From positions 960,001-992,000 of the forward strand of contig JALDRA010000001.1 in NCBI GenBank assembly GCA_031316235.1: a stretch of DNA of 32,000 nt, in the 5' to 3' direction. Shown in pieces: positions 26,354 through 32,000 of the stretch (positions within the stretch are counted from its first letter, which is position 1; every line of letters begins with the position of its first letter). A program made the position numbers and the translations under genes. The notes under the pieces were generated by a model. It made no database searches, had not been told where the DNA came from, and was given only the letters and a program-made list of their open reading frames with translations. Source of the DNA: Candidatus Scalindua sp. Lineage in GTDB: Bacteria; Planctomycetota; Brocadiia; Brocadiales; Scalinduaceae.

Positions 26354-26519
26354 CAGTAGTGTCCGGTTAGGTTTTTGCGTATTTAATTTATTGCCCCAAA
26401 ACTGTCATTCCCGCATGTTTTCAGCGGGAATCTATGATGAAACGAGTCTCTGGATACCCGATAAAGACGTTCAGGTATGACAAAAGCTGCCTACGCAAAA
26501 ACCTAACCGGACACTACTG
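26354..26519 (+). mobile_element. Family B MITE, copy B2 (intact)
   Basis: Perfect 28-bp terminal inverted repeats (cagtagtgtccggttaggtttttgcgta / tacgcaaaaacctaaccggacactactg). It is flanked by the 9-bp direct repeat aaaaaaaat (26345-26353 and 26520-28). It contains no ORF, and its two halves are inverted homologues of each other. Confidence 0.9.
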
Positions 26520-26528
26520 AAAAAAAAT

Positions 26529-28370
26529 ATGATTAAGTCAACATATACTGAAGAGCAGATAAAATCCCTGGACTGGAAGGAGCATATCCGGCTCAGACCG
26601 GGCATGTATATCGGCAAACTGGGAGACGGATCGTCTCTGGATGACGGTATCTATGTCATGGTTAAGGAGATTATTGATAACGCTATCGATGAACACGTGA
26701 TGGGATTTGGCAAGACAATCGAAATCACTATTTCAGAACATCAGGTTAAGGTCCGCGATTACGGACGCGGCATTCCCCTGGGGAAAGTATTTGATTGCGT
26801 TGCGAAGATAAACACCGGCGGAAAATACGACTCTGAAGCATTTCAGAAATCAGTTGGTTTAAATGGCGTTGGCACAAAAGCCGTAAATGCCCTGTCCAAC
26901 TATTTCAGGGTACAAGCTATCCGCGACGGAGAGATAAAGGCTATAGACTTTTCAAAAGGTGTGTTGACGAAAGATTACGAGGTTGAAAAAACTAACCTTC
27001 GTAATGGTACCGAAATTACCTTCTCTCCTGATAGTACTGTGTTCAAAAATTACCGGTTTATTCCTGATTTTCTCGAAAACCAGATCTGGAACTACGCGTT
27101 CCTTAATGCCGGACTCACCATTATTCTTAATGGTCAAAAATATCACTCTGAAAATGGGTTACTCGATTTACTGCTTCGAAAAACCAATTCCGAGTCACTG
27201 AGATACTCCATCATCCATTTTCGCAGTAAGGATATTGAATTTGCAATCAGCCATGGAGATCAGTACGGAGAGGAGTACTACTCCTTTGTCAATGGTCAGC
27301 ATACGATCCAGGGAGGTACCCATTTGTCCGCTTTCCGTGAAGCTGTTGTCAAGGGAGTCAGAGAATTCTATAAAAAGGATTTTGATGCAACTGATATCCG
27401 TGCTTCTATTGTAGCCGCAATCAGCATCCGAATCCAGGAACCTGTTTTTGAATCTCAAACGAAGACGAAGCTGGGGTCACTCAACATCAGTCCGACGGGA
27501 ATCACCATCAGGACTTTTATTAACGAATATGTAAAGAATGAGCTGGACAATTACCTCCACAAACATTCGGACACTGCGGACAAGCTGTTAAAGCGCATAC
27601 TGCAGTCCGAACGTGAACGAAAAGAGATTGCCGGAATTAAAAAGTTAGCAAACCAGCGGGCAAAGAAGGCCAATCTTCACAATAAGAAGCTCCGTGACTG
27701 CCACATCCACTACAACGATGAAAAAAAAGAGCAACGGTATGAAAGCACACTCTTCATCACAGAGGGAGACTCTGCAAGCGGATCGATTACAAAGTCGAGA
27801 AATGTAGAGACGCAGGCTGTCTTCAGCCTTAGAGGCAAACCCTTAAACTGTTTTGGCATGACAAAAAAGGTAGTCTATGAAAATGAGGAATTCAATCTCC
27901 TGCAACATGCCCTGAATATTGAAGAAGGGATTGAAAATCTGAGATATAATAACATTATCATTGCCACTGATGCCGATGTTGACGGAATGCACATTCGATT
28001 ACTCCTGATGACATTTTTTCTCCAGTTTTTCCCGGACCTTGTAAAAAACGGCCACATACACATTCTCCAGACACCTCTTTTCCGTGTCCGCAACAAGAAG
28101 GAGACAATCTATTGTTATAATGAAGGAGAGAAACAGAAGGCAGTCGATACACTGGGTAAGAACGCTGAAATAACCCGTTTTAAAGGACTGGGGGAAATTT
28201 CGCCTCACGAATTTGAACAATTTATCGGTGCCGACATTCACCTGGAACCACTGGTACTGGGTCAAAAAGACTCCATCATACAGCTGCTCAGCTATTATAT
28301 GGGCAAAAACACCCCGAATCGTCAGCGTTTTATTATCGACAATCTACAGGTTGAAAAGGATTTAGCCTAA
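26529..28370 (+). CDS. parE: Type IIA DNA topoisomerase subunit B, short topo IV type
   Basis: [30 protein letters not shown], the GHKL ATPase motifs ([15 protein letters not shown]) and the Toprim motifs (EGDSA, DADVDG). At 613 aa it lacks the GyrB insertion. Confidence 0.9.
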   Translation: MIKSTYTEEQIKSLDWKEHIRLRPGMYIGKLGDGSSLDDGIYVMVKEIIDNAIDEHVMGFGKTIEITISEHQVKVRDYGRGIPLGKVFDCVAKINTGGKYDSEAFQKSVGLNGVGTKAVNALSNYFRVQAIRDGEIKAIDFSKGVLTKDYEVEKTNLRNGTEITFSPDSTVFKNYRFIPDFLENQIWNYAFLNAGLTIILNGQKYHSENGLLDLLLRKTNSESLRYSIIHFRSKDIEFAISHGDQYGEEYYSFVNGQHTIQGGTHLSAFREAVVKGVREFYKKDFDATDIRASIVAAISIRIQEPVFESQTKTKLGSLNISPTGITIRTFINEYVKNELDNYLHKHSDTADKLLKRILQSERERKEIAGIKKLANQRAKKANLHNKKLRDCHIHYNDEKKEQRYESTLFITEGDSASGSITKSRNVETQAVFSLRGKPLNCFGMTKKVVYENEEFNLLQHALNIEEGIENLRYNNIIIATDADVDGMHIRLLLMTFFLQFFPDLVKNGHIHILQTPLFRVRNKKETIYCYNEGEKQKAVDTLGKNAEITRFKGLGEISPHEFEQFIGADIHLEPLVLGQKDSIIQLLSYYMGKNTPNRQRFIIDNLQVEKDLA

Positions 28371-28374
28371 CAAT

Positions 28375-30918
28375 ATGCCTAGCAAAAAGAAACAAAAAGA
28401 GATACCGGAAAGCACCTCCGGCAACAACAACAACAAGATGTATGAAGCTGTTCATGTTTCAAAAATGTACAGCAACTGGTTTCTGGAATATGCGTCCTAC
28501 GTAATATTAGAGCGGGCGGTACCGGCATTGCTGGATGGTTTGAAACCTGTCCAACGACGGATACTCCACTCAATGAGACAGATGGATGACGGACGGTTTC
28601 ATAAAGTAGCGAATGTGATCGGCCACACCATGCAGTACCATCCTCATGGTGATGCAGCCATCGGGGATGCCCTGGTCAACATGGGACAAAAAGAGCTCCT
28701 CATCGAGACGCAGGGTAACTGGGGAGATGTTCGTACCGGTGACTCGGCAGCGGCTCCCCGCTATATCGAAGCACGTCTTTCAAAATTTGCCCTTGAAGTG
28801 GCCTTTAATAGCCAGATTACCGAATGGCAGCTTTCCTACGACGGTCGAAAGAAAGAACCGGTTACCCTTCCCGTTAAATTTCCACTCTTATTAGCACAGG
28901 GCACTGAAGGGATAGCTGTTGGTTTGGCAACGAAGATCATGCCCCACAACTTTATCGAATTGATGGAGGGATCGATAGAGATCCTGCGAGGGAACGAAGT
29001 CAACCTTTTGCCCGACTTTCCCACTGGTGGGATGGCAGATGTCAGTAATTACAATGAGGGGTTACGTGGTGGAAAAATCCGTGTCAGGGCAAAAATAGCT
29101 GTTTTGGGGAAAAAGTCACTGGTAATCCATAATATCCCTTATTCAACTACTACCTCAAGTTTGATGGTTTCCATCGTAAAAGCCAGTGAAAATAACAAGA
29201 TCAAGATAAAACGCGTAGTTGATAACACTGCAAAAGATGTAGAGATCGTAATCGAGCTCCCCCCCAATGTCTCCCCTGATATGACTGTTGATGCCCTGTA
29301 TGCCTTTACGGACTGTGAAGTTTCCATCTCACCCAATGCCTGTATCATAATCGATGATAAACCTCATTTCCTTGGCGTGAATGAAATCTTAAAAATATCC
29401 ACCAACCACACAGTTGATCTGCTGAAGCGGGAACTGCAGATTACCCTTGGAGAACTGCAGGAAAAGCTGCACTTTTTATCATTGGAAAAAATATTTATCG
29501 AAAAAAGAATCTATCGTGACATCGAGGAGTGTGAAACATGGGATGCGGTAATTGAAGCTATCTATAAAGGAATGGAACCATATAAAGACTTTTTTGTCCG
29601 GAAAATGACTGATGATGATGTCATCAGGCTGACTGAAATTAAAATTAAGCGGATTTCCCGGTACGATTCCTTTCATGCCGATGAATCCATAAAGAGCCTG
29701 AAAAGCGAAATCAAACAGGTGAAGTATGATCTGCAACATCTCGTCGATTACTCCATTGCCTTTTTTGAAAACCTGATCAGGAAATATGGAGAGGGACGTG
29801 AACGAAAAACTGAGATACGTAATTTTGACACTATTCAGGTTGCTCAGGTTGCTATCGCCAATCAGAAACTATACATGAACCGAAAGGACGGTTTTATCGG
29901 CTATGGGCTGAAAAAGGAAGAATATATTGGTGAATGTTCCGATCTTGACGTAGTAATTGTATTTCTGGCAAACGGTACTTTTCTGGTAACCCGTATCGCG
30001 GAAAAAGCTTTTGTCGGCAAAGATATTATTCATGCTCAAGTATGGAAGAAAAATGATGACCGCATGGTCTATCACATGATTTACCGGGACGGCAGAGATG
30101 GTGACAGCTTTGTCAAACGTTTTGCGGTCACCTCCGTCACCTACGACAAATCCTATGATCTTACCATGGGCACAAAGGGATCAAAGGTCATCTATTTCAG
30201 TACTCATCCAAACAGTGAATCGGAAGTGGTCGCTGTATCACTGAGTGCGGGATGTTCCGCCCGCAAAACACTATTTGATTTCGATTTTTCCGATCTTGCC
30301 GTCAAAGGACGTTCTTCAAAAGGCAACAGGCTTACAAAATACCCAATACGAAAAGTAGTACATAAAAAATCAGGAATTTCCACGTTAGGCGGGCTCGACA
30401 TCTGGTACGACGAGACAGTCGGCCGACTTAACAGCGATAAGCGGGGTAGATATCTGGGGAAATTTGAAGGCGAAGACCGGATCCTGGTTGCGTATAAAGA
30501 TGGCACGTTAGAGCTGACGGGCTTTGAACTCACCAACCGGTATGATACAGAAAAAACTCTCTTTATCGAGAAATATACTCCAGAAGCCACCATTACTGTT
30601 GTACACTTTGATGGAGAATCAAAAAAATTTTATGTGAAACGTTTTACCGTACAGGCCAATTCAATTGGCACTTCCTTGCAATTTATTGGTTCCGAAAAGG
30701 GCAATTCACCTCTCTTTGTCACCACTGCCACAGATCCAAAAGCCCGAATTCACTACCTGTTTGGCCGAAAAAAAGAGAAACGCAGCGAGGTTGTTCAGCT
30801 GAACACTCTTGTCGACATTAAAGGCTATAAGGCTCGAGGCAACCTCATCAGCAATTACGAAGTATTTGACGTCATACCGGTTGAAAGTGAGAAACCGGAA
30901 ACCATACTCATCTCATAA
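28375..30918 (+). CDS. parC: Type IIA DNA topoisomerase subunit A (topo IV ParC-like)
   Basis: RAVPALLDGLKPVQRRIL, HPHGD and the catalytic Tyr context AAPRYIEARL. It starts 4 nt after the parE stop. The last 5 codons and the stop codon lie inside repeat A6. Confidence 0.9.
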   Translation: MPSKKKQKEIPESTSGNNNNKMYEAVHVSKMYSNWFLEYASYVILERAVPALLDGLKPVQRRILHSMRQMDDGRFHKVANVIGHTMQYHPHGDAAIGDALVNMGQKELLIETQGNWGDVRTGDSAAAPRYIEARLSKFALEVAFNSQITEWQLSYDGRKKEPVTLPVKFPLLLAQGTEGIAVGLATKIMPHNFIELMEGSIEILRGNEVNLLPDFPTGGMADVSNYNEGLRGGKIRVRAKIAVLGKKSLVIHNIPYSTTTSSLMVSIVKASENNKIKIKRVVDNTAKDVEIVIELPPNVSPDMTVDALYAFTDCEVSISPNACIIIDDKPHFLGVNEILKISTNHTVDLLKRELQITLGELQEKLHFLSLEKIFIEKRIYRDIEECETWDAVIEAIYKGMEPYKDFFVRKMTDDDVIRLTEIKIKRISRYDSFHADESIKSLKSEIKQVKYDLQHLVDYSIAFFENLIRKYGEGRERKTEIRNFDTIQVAQVAIANQKLYMNRKDGFIGYGLKKEEYIGECSDLDVVIVFLANGTFLVTRIAEKAFVGKDIIHAQVWKKNDDRMVYHMIYRDGRDGDSFVKRFAVTSVTYDKSYDLTMGTKGSKVIYFSTHPNSESEVVAVSLSAGCSARKTLFDFDFSDLAVKGRSSKGNRLTKYPIRKVVHKKSGISTLGGLDIWYDETVGRLNSDKRGRYLGKFEGEDRILVAYKDGTLELTGFELTNRYDTEKTLFIEKYTPEATITVVHFDGESKKFYVKRFTVQANSIGTSLQFIGSEKGNSPLFVTTATDPKARIHYLFGRKKEKRSEVVQLNTLVDIKGYKARGNLISNYEVFDVIPVESEKPETILIS

Positions 30919-31043
30919 TGGTTTTCGGATAAAATCCGAGAGAAAATTGAGCGAGTACAAGTCCTCGGCGCTTTTTGTCCGGGGATACCTTCACCAGGAT
31001 CTGGTTTCCGGTAAAACCGAAAACCAGATCGGTTTTAGTATAT
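30903..31043 (+). repeat. Family A repeat, copy A6 (long form)
   Basis: catactcatctcataatggttttcggataaaatccgagagaaaattgagcgagtacaagtcctcggcgctttttgtccggggataccttcaccaggatctggtttccggtaaaaccgaaaaccagatcggttttagtatat. It overlaps the parC stop codon. Confidence 0.9.
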
Positions 31044-31108
31044 CATTACTGGGCAGGAAGATCCTGAACAGCTTCAGCTGTTTGACAAAGAAGAGCAAAA
31101 ATAGACGT

Positions 31109-32000
31109 ATGAAACAACTTTTCGATAAATACGCATATATATTTACAGAATTTGCAGTTCTGGAAAGGCTGAGAAGGTCAGAGAATGTCTGCCTGCATCC
31201 GAGTCTTGAACACTCACTGCTCATTTACGATGAAATGGGGAGAAAAGAGATATCGTTGATTTATGATGAATACTTCGCATTACAGAGGAATACAAAAGTT
31301 CCCTTTATAATTTTCACCCCGACATGGCGGGCAAATAAGGAGAGAGTTGAATCCTTACCAATCCACAGAAATATAAATGCCGATGCCGTAACGTTTATGA
31401 AAGAGATAAGAGAGAAACATGCCTGTGAGTCCGAAAAAATCGTGATCGGTGGTTTGATCGGCTGCAAAAATGACTGTTATAAACCTGACGAAGCATTATC
31501 TATCAAGGAATCTGTCCTGTTTCACACATGGCAGATAGACAAACTCATACAGGGAGGAGTGGATTTTATTTTCGCTGCTTCACTTCCTGCCGTATCTGAG
31601 GCAGAGGGTATTGCGCAAATCATGTCGACCGTAACCATGCCATATATACTGAGTTTTGTAATTGACAGAAAAGGTCACCTGATGGATGGAACACCACTGC
31701 ATGAAGCTTTTAAGACCATTGACACATCCTGTATAAAGCCTCCCCTTGGGTTTATGATAAATTGTTCACACCCTGCTTTTTTCAAACCAGAAAGAGAGAC
31801 AAATTATGTCCTCTCAAGATTAATCGGTTACCAGGCAAACGCCTCGGACAGAGACCATGCAACCCTCGATGGTTCAGCAGACACTCAAGTAAGTGACATA
31901 TCAGATTGGGGTGAGAAGATGATAGCCCTTAACAGAGACTATAGCATAACCATACTTGGCGGCTGTTGCGGAACCAATGGAGAGCACCTCAGGTATCTGG
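31109..32000 (+). CDS. Homocysteine S-methyltransferase-family protein (continues past the right edge)
   Basis: Absent from the ORF track because it has no stop. The frame is open from the ATG at 31109 to the window end. The translation ends ...ALNRDYSITILGGCCGTNGEHLRYL, and GGCCGT is the Zn-binding signature of the S-methyltransferase (Hcy-binding) domain. Confidence 0.8.
   Translation, partial: MKQLFDKYAYIFTEFAVLERLRRSENVCLHPSLEHSLLIYDEMGRKEISLIYDEYFALQRNTKVPFIIFTPTWRANKERVESLPIHRNINADAVTFMKEIREKHACESEKIVIGGLIGCKNDCYKPDEALSIKESVLFHTWQIDKLIQGGVDFIFAASLPAVSEAEGIAQIMSTVTMPYILSFVIDRKGHLMDGTPLHEAFKTIDTSCIKPPLGFMINCSHPAFFKPERETNYVLSRLIGYQANASDRDHATLDGSADTQVSDISDWGEKMIALNRDYSITILGGCCGTNGEHLRYL

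Noticed and set aside
25036-26519. The two family B copies in direct orientation might form a composite transposon carrying the lipoprotein gene and the mazF relic.
   Set aside because: Each copy has its own matching 9-bp duplication (actaaaacc around B1, aaaaaaaat around B2). A composite would instead show one shared duplication at its outer ends. The two copies therefore inserted independently.
1-32000. Whether the recurring repeats are a CRISPR array, or whether tRNA or rRNA genes are present.
   Set aside because: The repeats are 115-166 bp long and kilobases apart, in both orientations, with no regular spacer structure. No cloverleaf-like or rRNA-like segment was seen in any intergenic gap, although this was judged by eye only.

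Overview
About 40% G+C bacterial chromosome segment, mostly minus-strand housekeeping genes. In order: gpmI (5' end only); a four-subunit 2-oxoacid:ferredoxin oxidoreductase whose gamma subunit is fused to a GNAT domain; sucCD; coaX; the rplU-rpmA-obg cluster; RNase G with a DUF2344-type protein; a permease-less regulatory PTS (hpf, ptsN, HPr-EI fusion); comF; a TPR lipoprotein; a CxxCH lipoprotein; parA plus a small membrane coiled-coil protein; a Zn-ADH; a class I DhnA-type aldolase; short-type parE/parC; and a homocysteine S-methyltransferase-family gene (3' end cut off). No rRNA, tRNA or CRISPR array was recognised. The accessory part is about 21.2-26.5 kb. It holds two secreted proteins of unknown function, a translationally overlapped WbsX/GH99-like plus radical SAM/SPASM gene pair that looks more G+C-rich, a small lipoprotein and a mazF/pemK relic. 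The clearest unexplained signal is in the non-coding DNA. Family A is a structured 115-140 bp intergenic repeat with 6-7 copies. Family B is a 166 bp MITE with 28-bp terminal inverted repeats and 9-bp target-site duplications, in two copies: one is nested in a family A copy and rewrites a gene's 3' end, and the other ends 9 nt upstream of the parE start codon. A third short repeat (family C) has two copies. Taxon cannot be assigned from the sequence alone; the gene content suggests an anaerobe. Coordinates for elements outside the ORF track were hand-counted and may be off by 1-2 nt.
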